Virus record (IMG/VR): IMGVR_UViG_3300041411_000178
Location: 62,001-126,000 of that record
Length of the DNA stretch: 64,000 nt
Reading direction: 5' to 3' (one strand)
The notes under the pieces are model-generated. The model had not been told where the DNA came from and did no database searches. It was given only the letters and a program-made list of their open reading frames with translations. Shown piece after piece: positions 18,523 to 27,955 of the stretch (within the stretch, counting starts at the first letter, position 1; the number at the start of each line of letters is the position of its first letter). The position numbers were made by a program, and so were the translations under genes.

Positions 18523-20250
18523 ATGAGTACCGAACCTCAAGATCCACTCGAGCAACAATCAGCTGCTCAGGCGCCGGTTACTGCTGCTCCAGCGGCACCG
18601 GCTCCAACGCACCACGATGTGCACACCGCTCAAAACACTACCATGACCAAAGTCCTGCCTCCTGAAGATGAAGTCCTTCGTGACCTCACTCAAGAAGAGC
18701 AGCAGGACGGTGGTTTCCTGACAGTCTTCCTGGGTAACCGTAAAGAAGACGTTGTCAAAGCTCAGAGCATTATCGGGCGCTGGCTGACCTACACCGGTTC
18801 CAAGGCCATGTTCGATGAAGAGCGGCTGCCTGAATCGGTCTTCCGTAAAGCTGAGACTGATTGGCTCGGCTATATCGAAGAGAAGTTCCCGGGCAAGACG
18901 TCTGACCAGGTAGCGACCCATGCGGCCGACCTGTACGCGTTCATGTCGGAGATCCAGGACGAGCTGAAGATTCGTACCTCGATCCTGAACGAGCCGAACA
19001 TCAGCAACACCTTCGACCGTGGTGGCGTCAATACCGGTGACATCGTCGGTAAGCGTCCGTCTGCATCGACCCAGGGTTTCTCGAACCGTGAGAACATGCG
19101 TCGTCGTGCTGCACGTAAAACCGGTTCGGGTGCTGACAAGCTGGCCTTCGATGTACTGTGCCGTGACTCGTTTGCCACGTTCTCCTTCTCGCGTACCAAC
19201 CATACCGAGATGGGCTCGCTGATGAACGACATCCGTCGTACCATCACCGGTTATGTTCAGCAGATCGGTAACAACAGTGCCGTGCTGGCACGTATCGCGT
19301 CGATCCGGGTTATCTGGAACTTCATTGCGAAGCGTATCAACAACACCAGCGTTACTGACGTGGCGGACTTCAACCAGTTGGCCAACGTGATCCTGCTGAC
19401 CGACATGGATACCATCATCACGGCGTTGATCGAATCGACCAACACCAAGGGTATCAACCTGAACCTGCGTTGCTTCTCCGGTAGCTGTGACTGGGAAGCC
19501 TTCAAGCTGGTACAGGCGTCGAAGCTGCTGCGTCAGCGGCACCACATCACCACCCCGGCCGATGAGGCGATCTACGCCAACCTGATCAACGGTCATGCCA
19601 AGTACACCATGGAAGAGACGCGTGCCATGAGCCGTGCTTCGACCTACGGTCTGGAAAGCAACCGTGTGTATAACGACGAGAAGTCGATGTACCTGGAATG
19701 CGCTCCTCCTACTCTGGCCGAAGCTTTCGCTGCGTTTGACTTCTTCATCGGCGAGATCAACCCAGAGCTGGCTGAGCTGCGTACCAAACTCGTAGACCCT
19801 GCTGAGTACCAGACTCAGGTCACGATGGTGCACAACAACCTCGGCTCGACTGAGTTCATCCACTGGGTGCAGCGTCAGGTTGACCTGCCGGCAGAGAACA
19901 CCGATGAAGTTGAAACGGTTTTTGCCCGTAGCGAGATGGACCCGAACGACTTCAACGGCGGTATCCTGGATGTTCTGCGCGACCAGGAAGACCTCAACCG
20001 TAACCTCGTCAAGTTCGTGCTCAACAAGACGCCGTACATGTCGCGTACCTTTATGGGTGTGCGTAACTACGTGTGTCCAAAGTGCCGCAAGAACATGGGT
20101 GATCTGGAAGATCCTGAAAACCTGCTGGATCGGAAGTTGGGTTACACCCCAATTGACCCAGTGATGAGTTTTTTTACCCTCACCCAGTGGTCGATACTCA
20201 AGCAGACGGCCGTCCAAAACAAAATCAGGTCCGAAGCCCTCTCGGAATAA
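18523..20250 (+). CDS. Tail/baseplate assembly chaperone-like protein (T4 gp26-like C-terminal CxxC)
   Basis: 575 aa, C-terminal YVCPKC...GYTPIDPVMSFF and an internal CFSGSC. The function is inference. Confidence 0.5.
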   Translation: MSTEPQDPLEQQSAAQAPVTAAPAAPAPTHHDVHTAQNTTMTKVLPPEDEVLRDLTQEEQQDGGFLTVFLGNRKEDVVKAQSIIGRWLTYTGSKAMFDEERLPESVFRKAETDWLGYIEEKFPGKTSDQVATHAADLYAFMSEIQDELKIRTSILNEPNISNTFDRGGVNTGDIVGKRPSASTQGFSNRENMRRRAARKTGSGADKLAFDVLCRDSFATFSFSRTNHTEMGSLMNDIRRTITGYVQQIGNNSAVLARIASIRVIWNFIAKRINNTSVTDVADFNQLANVILLTDMDTIITALIESTNTKGINLNLRCFSGSCDWEAFKLVQASKLLRQRHHITTPADEAIYANLINGHAKYTMEETRAMSRASTYGLESNRVYNDEKSMYLECAPPTLAEAFAAFDFFIGEINPELAELRTKLVDPAEYQTQVTMVHNNLGSTEFIHWVQRQVDLPAENTDEVETVFARSEMDPNDFNGGILDVLRDQEDLNRNLVKFVLNKTPYMSRTFMGVRNYVCPKCRKNMGDLEDPENLLDRKLGYTPIDPVMSFFTLTQWSILKQTAVQNKIRSEALSE

Positions 20251-20723
20251 TCCCCCGGGTCGACAATCGGATTGTCTTCAGTCCTACGTTCAATCAGGTT
20301 AACAACTCGCTTCTAGGGAAGTCCCTTAAAGATGTCACCCCAGAAGCGATGTCGTTTAACGAGTCCATGTTGCATGATTTGAACATGAACTACTACACCC
20401 CGGCTACTATGGATCCGTTCTCTTCAGTTGCTTACATCCCTGCTGAGAACGAGTTCATTCACGAGTGGTCGATCAAGTCTGTCGCTAAGAAGTACGGCTT
20501 CTACAAACTTCATGAGGTCATGTCGTTACGTGACTACATGGAAATGCCGATGTTCCTGATCGACGATTTGATTGCGGGTGTGGGTGAAGGACGTAGTCAG
20601 CGAGACAAGGCGGACAACCCTCCAGATCAGGACGGCAAAAGCAAGATGCCTAATGTGAAGGACAGTAACAAAGACTTGACAGAAATCATGCGACAACTGG
20701 GTTTGGATAAGAAAATGTTTTAA
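20187..20723 (+). CDS. Overlapping -1-frame ORF, gp51/GT-like chaperone partner, possibly made as a frameshift fusion
   Basis: The frame is open from 20157 to 20723 and overlaps the upstream gene. No SD precedes the GTG at 20187. Contains KYGFYKLHEVMSLRDYMEMP. Confidence 0.6.
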   Translation: MVDTQADGRPKQNQVRSPLGIIPRVDNRIVFSPTFNQVNNSLLGKSLKDVTPEAMSFNESMLHDLNMNYYTPATMDPFSSVAYIPAENEFIHEWSIKSVAKKYGFYKLHEVMSLRDYMEMPMFLIDDLIAGVGEGRSQRDKADNPPDQDGKSKMPNVKDSNKDLTEIMRQLGLDKKMF

Positions 20724-20736
20724 GTACTGCTAGCCT

Positions 20737-20758
20737 CTAGGGTCCCAACGGGCCCTAG
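20737..20758 (+). terminator. Hairpin after the 20187 ORF
   Basis: CTAGGGTCC/GGGCCCTAG stem. Confidence 0.5.
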
Positions 20759-20770
20759 GGGTTAAGCCGT

Positions 20771-20778
20771 ATTTTATG
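20771..20778 (+). promoter_or_regulatory. Putative late promoter ATTTTATG
   Basis: The same octamer occurs at 24552-24559 and 50274-50281, upstream of structural genes. TATG is the known phiKZ late promoter core. Confidence 0.5.
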
Positions 20779-20828
20779 CTGAAACCATATTCATGGTCGC
20801 ATACAACTCTCTACGAAAGGGCCCTTTC

Positions 20829-21461
20829 ATGAGCAAACAAGATTACACGCCACCTGAGAGCGAAAATCTCAGTGGTGATGCCGCAGAGGAGGTTGTTAAA
20901 ACTACCGCCCAAGCCCCTGCTGTACTCACTGCACCTGCCAAAGAAGAAGCTGCTCCGGCTGAGGCTACTTTCCAGGTAGAACCCATCGTCATCAGCATCG
21001 CGAAGATGATCAACGCCAAGGGCGATACCACCACTGATGTCATGGTGGCTCGTATCAGTCGTCACATCGAATTCCTCGCCGGGCGTAAGCGCTTCAAGGA
21101 TAAGAAGGACGAGCAGGATGAGCAGATCAGTTTCATCGAAACGATCGGTAACTCCATGCGCCTCGATTTCGAACAGTTCGCCGTCGTTACCGACGACCTG
21201 CTGACCGCTATCCGTGCCAACGCTGACGTGTTCTCCTCCGGTCTGGCTTTCCGCTACACCGTAGGCCTGGACCGCAAGTACCCGGCACAAACCATCCGCG
21301 TGTACCACACGTACATCTCGTTCCTGACCATGGTCGCCAAGAACTGGGAAGCGCGGTACAAGCTGCACTCGCTGATCGATCTGGCCAGTGTTATCACTGA
21401 GCTGAATCGCAAGGGTAAGGAAAACGTTACCCAGTACTTCCGCTATCTGACCAACGTGTAA
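20829..21461 (+). CDS. Conserved, probably virion structural protein
   Basis: Start moved to MSKQDY (GAAAGG upstream). Follows a late-type promoter. Confidence 0.65.
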   Translation: MSKQDYTPPESENLSGDAAEEVVKTTAQAPAVLTAPAKEEAAPAEATFQVEPIVISIAKMINAKGDTTTDVMVARISRHIEFLAGRKRFKDKKDEQDEQISFIETIGNSMRLDFEQFAVVTDDLLTAIRANADVFSSGLAFRYTVGLDRKYPAQTIRVYHTYISFLTMVAKNWEARYKLHSLIDLASVITELNRKGKENVTQYFRYLTNV

Positions 21462-21508
21462 CCCACCGCCGTCATTCACACCACCCCCTCCTCGCAAGGA
21501 CTGAACAA

Positions 21509-22582
21509 ATGGAATACGTAGAAGGCTCTTTCCAACCTGACGGCGACGGCTTTGGTCTCCCTGACGCACCCCACGTCGAGATCATGTTTGACTCCCTGAA
21601 CGACACTGCTGAGCAGATGGACGTTGCAGGTACCGAATCCATCTCCCTCACCGCTGCTCAACAGTACGCTCAAGGCGTTCTGATGGCCGCTGGTGTCTTT
21701 TCTGGCTCCCAGGTAACCGGTAACGAAGGTGTGTTCTCCGCTATCGGCGACGGCTTCAAGGCAGTTTGGGATTACATCTCCAAAACCTTCAAGTCGATCT
21801 GGGACTTCTTCTTCAACCGTGACAGCGCCAAAGACGCTGAAGTGGCGAAAGAAGCCTGCAAAGAAAACGCCGACGCTCTGGCTGCCGCGAATGCCGGTAC
21901 TCAGGACGAAGCCACCGCCGACAAGCAACTGAACGCAATGGCTGCTGCCGGTGTTGACGGTGAAGAAATCGCCAAGGCGAAGAAAGGCACTCTGGCCGAG
22001 AAGAAGAAAGCGGTCAAAGACGCCCTGAAAGAAATGGGCAAGATGAACAAGAAGGGTCAAGCTGCTTTGGCCACTGTTGTTGCCAATGCCGTCAAAGCCA
22101 AGAAAGCATTCCTGGCCCTCGCTACCTCCCATGGCAGCGAGAAAGAAAACAAAGCGGCCGGTCACCTGGCTGGCAAGACTGACTTCGCTGACAACGCCAT
22201 CGACATGGCCGGCATGGTTCTGAAGTTCACCAACCGTGACGCTCAGTTCCTCAGCAAGCTGGAAAAAGCCACCAGCATCACCGACGTCGGCGCTGCGATT
22301 CAATTCAGCAAAGACTGCGCGGCCAACATCGACTCCCTGAAATCGTTCTCCGACGAATTCAAGAACAAGAAAGCGGCCATCGAGAAAATGCTGACCAGCG
22401 CTGAAGCCAAGATGAAGAAGGCCAAAGACGCGAAGGACAAAGCTGAACTCCAGAAAGACATCGGCGCTCTGCGTGTGATCGTCGGTACTGGCGTGAAAGC
22501 GTCCAAGCTGATCGAAGCCAACTACACCCGCGTATCCGAAGCGTCCACTGCCCTTAACAAGGTCTTTGGTATCGCCGCTTAA
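21509..22582 (+). CDS. Internal head (ejection-type) protein
   Basis: 357 aa. Acidic propeptide with GTE and GNE sites, aromatic amphipathic helix, K/A-rich body. Confidence 0.7.
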   Translation: MEYVEGSFQPDGDGFGLPDAPHVEIMFDSLNDTAEQMDVAGTESISLTAAQQYAQGVLMAAGVFSGSQVTGNEGVFSAIGDGFKAVWDYISKTFKSIWDFFFNRDSAKDAEVAKEACKENADALAAANAGTQDEATADKQLNAMAAAGVDGEEIAKAKKGTLAEKKKAVKDALKEMGKMNKKGQAALATVVANAVKAKKAFLALATSHGSEKENKAAGHLAGKTDFADNAIDMAGMVLKFTNRDAQFLSKLEKATSITDVGAAIQFSKDCAANIDSLKSFSDEFKNKKAAIEKMLTSAEAKMKKAKDAKDKAELQKDIGALRVIVGTGVKASKLIEANYTRVSEASTALNKVFGIAA

Positions 22583-22618
22583 TAACGCCCGTAAGGCGTT
22601 CTGAGCATCGATCGTGAA

Positions 22619-22660
22619 TATAAGCCCTCCTACTCCTTTGCGGGAGTAGGAGGGCTTATA
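22619..22660. terminator. Bidirectional terminator between convergent genes
   Basis: 18-bp perfect stem with loop TTTGCG, overlapping TTATAGCTGC (22656-22665). Confidence 0.85.
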
Positions 22661-22666
22661 GCTGCT

Positions 22667-24538
22667 TTACGCTGCTTTCTTCAATGCTTCTGGTAGTACT
22701 GCTGCTTCTCTTGCTTCACGTTCTGCTTTTGCTTTAGCTGCACTTTCACGCAGTTGTTTCAACATATCCGCGTAACCCAGTTCTTCCAGACCTTTCTCGA
22801 AGTCGGATTGCAGTTTGTCTGCTTGTGGGAAACGGAACAGGTCGTGACTCAGACCCATGGCATTCGCTTGAGTACTGCTGGCATAGTTCACGGCGATCTC
22901 CCGGAACTTCATGTCATTAGCACCCTGAATGGCATAGACTTCCATCTGAGTCGTTTTGTTACTGGTGTTGGCTGCCAGTGTACCATGTGGGTAAGCACCC
23001 TCAACGTCAAGGTCAGATACACCACTGCGACCAGAGCTGATAACGTCATCCAGCCCAATGAACATCGCACGACCCATATCGGAGTTCTTCTCGGTATCGA
23101 GGAGAGCAATCCAGTTATCAAGAGTCGGCAGACGATCACTGAAGGTCTTATCACGTTTAGCCGGAGTACTGCCCCAGACATAACCGTGCTCACGTGCAAG
23201 GAAGGACAAGGTGTCCGAAATCAAACGTGGCTGTGAAACAAAGTTGAAGTATTCCGAATAACGCAACAACATCGGAATCGACAGCGAGAAGTCAAAAGTC
23301 TGCTCGTTGATTTCTTCAATAGGCCAGTTGTCTGCAATGTTGTACATCGAATACAGGTACGGATGTTCCTGCTGCATGTATCGATGCCACTGACCCGAGC
23401 CTGGACCTTTGCTCATGCCTTCCTCGGTATACAGCTTACCCTTTACCCCTTCACGGGTTGCAATCGATTCCAGCGAGTAACTCTCGAGCTTACCGGACGA
23501 GAATCGTTTAATGGCGTAACCTGACATGGCGTCAGCCCACTGCCACCTAGCCGGAGTACGAACTGTAGGAAACTTCTCCTGTGGTTCCAGTGGTGTCTTG
23601 TCGCCGTTCTCCTTAACCTTGTGTGTTCGACCCAGGTTCAGTTCATAACTGCGATACTCTCTCGGTACCGATGGATCACTGTACACGTCTGCGAGGTTAT
23701 AGCCTTCAGACCTGAGAGCGCGTTCACAGGCTTCCATGTCATAACCGGCATTCCAGCTCAACACCCAGTCAGGCGACCACTCGTGGAACTTCTGAATACA
23801 CGCAAACGCAATCTGACCTGGAGTATCGAACAATTCGTAAACAATCTCACATTTACGACGGTCAACGTGTTCCTGAATGTATTTCTTTTCGGCTGCTTTT
23901 AATTCAGCCAAGATGGCGAAGTCAGTTAAACGAACCTTCGGGTCAATTCTGTCCTGACGACTCTGGAACCAGCTACGTTGTCCTGCCCAGTACGCCTTAC
24001 CCTTCATGGTAACCGAAGCCATCATGATCGGTTTAACTTCACCAAAGGCTTCCATGTCTGCTTCAACGTCGAATGCCGCTACCGAGTAAGGTTCCTTTTC
24101 CTGATACTCAGCGTACTTCTTGAAGAACTGTTGCTTAAAGTGAACCGGTGTGGTCTGGTCCAAACCAAACACATACTGAATACCTTTACCTGACTTGACG
24201 TCATAGATCGTTGCATTGCGGTCAGCTACCCCAAATAGCTGCTTGCGCACTTCAAACGGAATGTCACGACGGGTACTACGGTATTCACGACAGAACCGTT
24301 CTTCCAGATAGTCCTTCGGCTGCATGAACTTACGGTGCTGCTCTTTGACCAGATGCCAAGGCTGCTTGTAGTTTTCAATCGAGATAAATGAATCGCTTCG
24401 CGAGTTGTCCTCGTGAATGTTGGTAATCTTTGCGGTCAGCAAGTCTTTGCTCTTGTCAAAACGATGCTCTGTATAGACGGCATGTTTGCAGACACGAGCA
24501 ATAATCGGTGATAGGTTTTGTGCTGTGGGTTGTGTCAT
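22667..24538 (-). CDS. Split family B DNA polymerase, exonuclease plus motif A subunit (phiKZ gp82-like)
   Basis: ExoI AFDVEAD, ExoII WNAGYD, ExoIII YNIAD and polymerase motif A DLDVEGAYP. Motifs B and C are absent. Start placed at MTQPTAQ (AGGA upstream). Confidence 0.82.
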   Translation of the reverse strand: MTQPTAQNLSPIIARVCKHAVYTEHRFDKSKDLLTAKITNIHEDNSRSDSFISIENYKQPWHLVKEQHRKFMQPKDYLEERFCREYRSTRRDIPFEVRKQLFGVADRNATIYDVKSGKGIQYVFGLDQTTPVHFKQQFFKKYAEYQEKEPYSVAAFDVEADMEAFGEVKPIMMASVTMKGKAYWAGQRSWFQSRQDRIDPKVRLTDFAILAELKAAEKKYIQEHVDRRKCEIVYELFDTPGQIAFACIQKFHEWSPDWVLSWNAGYDMEACERALRSEGYNLADVYSDPSVPREYRSYELNLGRTHKVKENGDKTPLEPQEKFPTVRTPARWQWADAMSGYAIKRFSSGKLESYSLESIATREGVKGKLYTEEGMSKGPGSGQWHRYMQQEHPYLYSMYNIADNWPIEEINEQTFDFSLSIPMLLRYSEYFNFVSQPRLISDTLSFLAREHGYVWGSTPAKRDKTFSDRLPTLDNWIALLDTEKNSDMGRAMFIGLDDVISSGRSGVSDLDVEGAYPHGTLAANTSNKTTQMEVYAIQGANDMKFREIAVNYASSTQANAMGLSHDLFRFPQADKLQSDFEKGLEELGYADMLKQLRESAAKAKAEREAREAAVLPEALKKAA

Positions 24539-24551
24539 GTTTTTATCCTGC

Positions 24552-24559
24552 ATTTTATG
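24552..24559 (+). promoter_or_regulatory. Putative late promoter ATTTTATG
   Basis: Copy of the octamer upstream of the 24622 structural cluster. Confidence 0.45.
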
Positions 24560-24621
24560 CCCGCTTTTAGCGCTATATCAATGGCGTCCCAGTATTAAAT
24601 ATCTTTGAGGAGTACAGGTGC

Positions 24622-26028
24622 ATGATCTCGATGGATTTTTTGAAACGACCCGTCGGAGGGTTGGAGTTCATTAACTTCCAGTCCACTGACTTCTACCGCA
24701 AGCAGGTGCTGTTCCTTGAAAGTCAGATCGGTCCCGACGGTGTTCTGAGTAAAGAAGCCATCCCAGGCATCAAAACCCTCATCGAAGAGTTCACTGGCTT
24801 TAAGAACGTGGACCTGAAGTTCTCGAGCAGCGGTAACCTGTCGGTTGACACCGGTTACTTCTCGCCTAACCACGTGCTGAACAACGCATTGGTAGACGAC
24901 CTGCTCAAGCCGACCCAGACCACCCTGTACCGCTGGTTTACCCAGAACAAGGACAAGGTGTTCAAAGGCGGTATCGATTACACCACCGGTAAAGTCCTCG
25001 GTAGTTTCCAGACCGTTCCTGTTACCTTTCAGATCAATCCTAATCTGAATGCCACCTTTCCTGCTGAGAAGGTGAAGAAGTTCGGCGTTCCCCTGGCTGG
25101 TATCCTGGCCGGTGCAATTGCCCATGAACTGGGCCATGTGTTCAGTGGCTGCATGATGCTGCTCACAGTCGCTTCTGACAACATCTATCTGAAAGCCTCT
25201 CTACGGTACTACCGTGAAGCCAAAGACGTCTCAGATCGCGTTGTAGTGCTCAAGGACATCGCTTCGCTGCTGGACGTTCCAGCGGCCAAACAGGGTGACC
25301 TGCAAAAGCTTGCACAGGACCAGGACGATAAAACCCTCTTCCTCTACTTCGATAAATTAATCGCCCAACGTAATATGCGACGCAGTTTGTCAGTAGGTGT
25401 GGAATCGATGTCGTCGGAAGTTGTAGCCGACATGTACGCTATCCGCATGGGTTGCGAGAAGGGTATTATCGCTGCTATCAGTATCCTGACTGACCAGGGT
25501 TGCATCCAGACCGTGGTTAACAGCCTGCTGATCGCCGCAGTGACTACCATCATTGCCCTGCCAGGTTTCATCGCCCTCACGGTGTCTATGGGCGTGGCGG
25601 GTGCAATGTTCATGGCCATGATCTTCTACATGTTCATCTTTGTCCTGAATTACTTCAGCAAGGGTTACTCGGGGGTCTACAACGCCGACCATCGTCGTTT
25701 CGAAGATGCGGTGCGTCAGCTGATCCAGAAGCTGAAAGAAGACACCACCATGCCAACCTCTGAAAAGAATGCGTTGGCGGATGAAGTACAGCAACTGTTG
25801 GCTCACGCTAATTGGCTGCGTCCTTGGTACGAGAGTACTGTGATCCACCGCTTCATGGGTTGGGTGTTCAGCCAGGCTGACTTCAAAGCTCAAGAAGTTG
25901 AACACTACACTTCCGTGATTGCCAACCACGAAGTGAACACCATTTCCGTTAAACTGGCGCGTCTTAAAAACCGCCGTGATGGCACGGACACTTCTCCGGA
26001 AGAAACCAACAAAACTTACGAAGCCTAA
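24622..26028 (+). CDS. Virion-cluster zinc metallopeptidase-like protein with hydrophobic segments
   Basis: HELGH (25123-25137), downstream EVVADMYAIRMG (M48-like ExxAD) and a hydrophobic stretch of about 45 aa. Confidence 0.7.
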   Translation: MISMDFLKRPVGGLEFINFQSTDFYRKQVLFLESQIGPDGVLSKEAIPGIKTLIEEFTGFKNVDLKFSSSGNLSVDTGYFSPNHVLNNALVDDLLKPTQTTLYRWFTQNKDKVFKGGIDYTTGKVLGSFQTVPVTFQINPNLNATFPAEKVKKFGVPLAGILAGAIAHELGHVFSGCMMLLTVASDNIYLKASLRYYREAKDVSDRVVVLKDIASLLDVPAAKQGDLQKLAQDQDDKTLFLYFDKLIAQRNMRRSLSVGVESMSSEVVADMYAIRMGCEKGIIAAISILTDQGCIQTVVNSLLIAAVTTIIALPGFIALTVSMGVAGAMFMAMIFYMFIFVLNYFSKGYSGVYNADHRRFEDAVRQLIQKLKEDTTMPTSEKNALADEVQQLLAHANWLRPWYESTVIHRFMGWVFSQADFKAQEVEHYTSVIANHEVNTISVKLARLKNRRDGTDTSPEETNKTYEA

Positions 26029-26052
26029 CCCTACCCATAAAGGAACTCCACC

Positions 26053-26448
26053 ATGTCGCATTTGATACATGTACTCGCTTTCAAGAAAGAGCTGACCGAA
26101 AAGGGTATTACTTGCCCGATCGAACAAAGCAAGCTGCTGGCCGAACCGTTCACTCGTGCACTGATCCGTCGCTCGTACCGCCTGGGTGGCTGGACCTCCG
26201 AGATGGATGAGAAAGCCTGGGCCATGCTCGACAAGTGGAACAAAGTGTCGCCTATCCCTGCCGCGCTGATCCACAAGGGTGCTCAGGTTCGTATCGGCGC
26301 ACTCAACGGCGCCATGCTGAACACCGGCTCCCTGCCGTGCAAGAAAGAATTCACCTGCATCGTGAACGACGTAGACGTTGGCGATCTGCCGACCTGCACC
26401 GTTCTGACCGATTACCTGGTACGTGAACTGGAGGCTAACCGTGAGTGA
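26053..26448 (+). CDS. Hypothetical protein
   Basis: 131 aa, AAGGA upstream. Confidence 0.7.
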   Translation: MSHLIHVLAFKKELTEKGITCPIEQSKLLAEPFTRALIRRSYRLGGWTSEMDEKAWAMLDKWNKVSPIPAALIHKGAQVRIGALNGAMLNTGSLPCKKEFTCIVNDVDVGDLPTCTVLTDYLVRELEANRE

Positions 26449-27955
26449 CTCGGCAACCACCCAGATCGATGATTACCAGCAGATTGGTAACTCGAGCCCT
26501 GTTGACTCGTATCAGCCGGGCGAAAACAAACAACGTGTCGACCTGACGGAATACTACCAGGTTAGCGAACAGAACAACGCCACCGTTATGGTGATGGGTT
26601 CTGAACAGCTGAACCTCGGTATGTTCTCCAAGCAGGTTGCCCGTCACCTCAAACTGCAAGGCGTCGAGAAGTACGACCCGTTCCCTTCCGAGCGTAATGC
26701 TCGTATGGGTGCTGAAGGTTTCTTCAGTGCGGTATACAACGGCTTCAAGGACTTCATCGAAGCGATCATCAAGTACATCCGCATGGCCATTGACTGGGTT
26801 GTCGACATGGTCAAGGGTATCTTCGGGTTCCGTAAGAGCGCTCGCATCACCAAGGCGATCGACGATGACCTCGGGAACCTGAAGAAAGAGTTCGAAGACA
26901 CGATGATCAGCTTTGGTTTCAACATTGCTGAGTACAACGTAGAGAACTTCCTCGGTACGCTGCCGGCGGGTCAGGATCGTGTGGCTCAAATCCATTTGCT
27001 GAAGAACCGTCTCGACAGCGATGTGGATCAGATCAAGAAGCTGGAAGCGTGCGTCCCACTGATCCAGCAGATCAACGCCAAGATCCTGCAAGCCGGTGAG
27101 AAAGTCAACACCGCCCAGAAGCGCCTGAAACGCGTTATCCTGGACGAGTACAACCGTTCCCGTGTTCGCTATAAAGGCGGTAACCACGTCGACGGTGCGA
27201 ACTCCAGCGAAGTCACAGTGGTGCTCAAGGCTATTCAGGAAACCTCGCTCGCCCTGGATACCAAGGAAATTGCCAGCTTGATGCAGAAGCTGTACAAGGA
27301 CCTTTACAGCATCGAGTTTGCAAACGAGGAACTGACGCACAAGTTCGATCAGGTGCAGAACCGCCTGAAGACCGAAGTGCAGGCCAGCACCAGTGTTGTC
27401 CGCGGTGTAGACGTCAGCGCTACCATGACCAGCATCCAGGCCCTCAACCTGCGCTACCAGAGTCTGGTGGACAGCGAGATCGACATCTCCAAGGTCAACT
27501 GGAAAGCGCTGGGTGAGATCGTTGACAAGTCTGACGGTGAGAAGCTGTCATCCATGTCGACCTATTACAACGCTCCTGCACTGCTGGCGGCTTACCAGGA
27601 ACTGTCGGTCGATATTCGCAACTTCGTTCAGTGCTCTTATGGCATCAGCAAGGAAGTCCTGCGGGTAGAGAAGCAGATCACCAGCCTGGTGGAGTGGTAC
27701 GGTCGTATCCACGCCTATTACTACGCCGGTGTCCTGGGTGACGCTGAAGGGATCGCGAAGGTTGTTGACGACGCGGTTAAACGGGGACTGAGCCCAATCG
27801 TCGAGGGTCGTGTCTTTATCAAGGATGCGGACGCCAAGACTTTTGGTGAGAAGCTGACGGCAAACGTTAACTTCGCCATCCAGAACGATATTGGTGGGGT
27901 GAAATCCAGCCTCAACAACTTCACCAAGCAAATCGGGGTAGGTAAATTGCTATGA
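26441..27955 (+). CDS. Internal head protein
   Basis: GTG start at 26441 after GGAGG. MGAEG site followed by an aromatic amphipathic helix, then a helical body. Confidence 0.7.
   Translation: MSDSATTQIDDYQQIGNSSPVDSYQPGENKQRVDLTEYYQVSEQNNATVMVMGSEQLNLGMFSKQVARHLKLQGVEKYDPFPSERNARMGAEGFFSAVYNGFKDFIEAIIKYIRMAIDWVVDMVKGIFGFRKSARITKAIDDDLGNLKKEFEDTMISFGFNIAEYNVENFLGTLPAGQDRVAQIHLLKNRLDSDVDQIKKLEACVPLIQQINAKILQAGEKVNTAQKRLKRVILDEYNRSRVRYKGGNHVDGANSSEVTVVLKAIQETSLALDTKEIASLMQKLYKDLYSIEFANEELTHKFDQVQNRLKTEVQASTSVVRGVDVSATMTSIQALNLRYQSLVDSEIDISKVNWKALGEIVDKSDGEKLSSMSTYYNAPALLAAYQELSVDIRNFVQCSYGISKEVLRVEKQITSLVEWYGRIHAYYYAGVLGDAEGIAKVVDDAVKRGLSPIVEGRVFIKDADAKTFGEKLTANVNFAIQNDIGGVKSSLNNFTKQIGVGKLL

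Noticed and set aside
18559-20217. 552-aa - strand ORF
   Set aside because: Antisense shadow of the 575-aa gene. The same applies to most other long opposite-strand ORFs, such as 3904..5361, 5452..6840, 37659..38945, 39088..40761 and 40631..41980.
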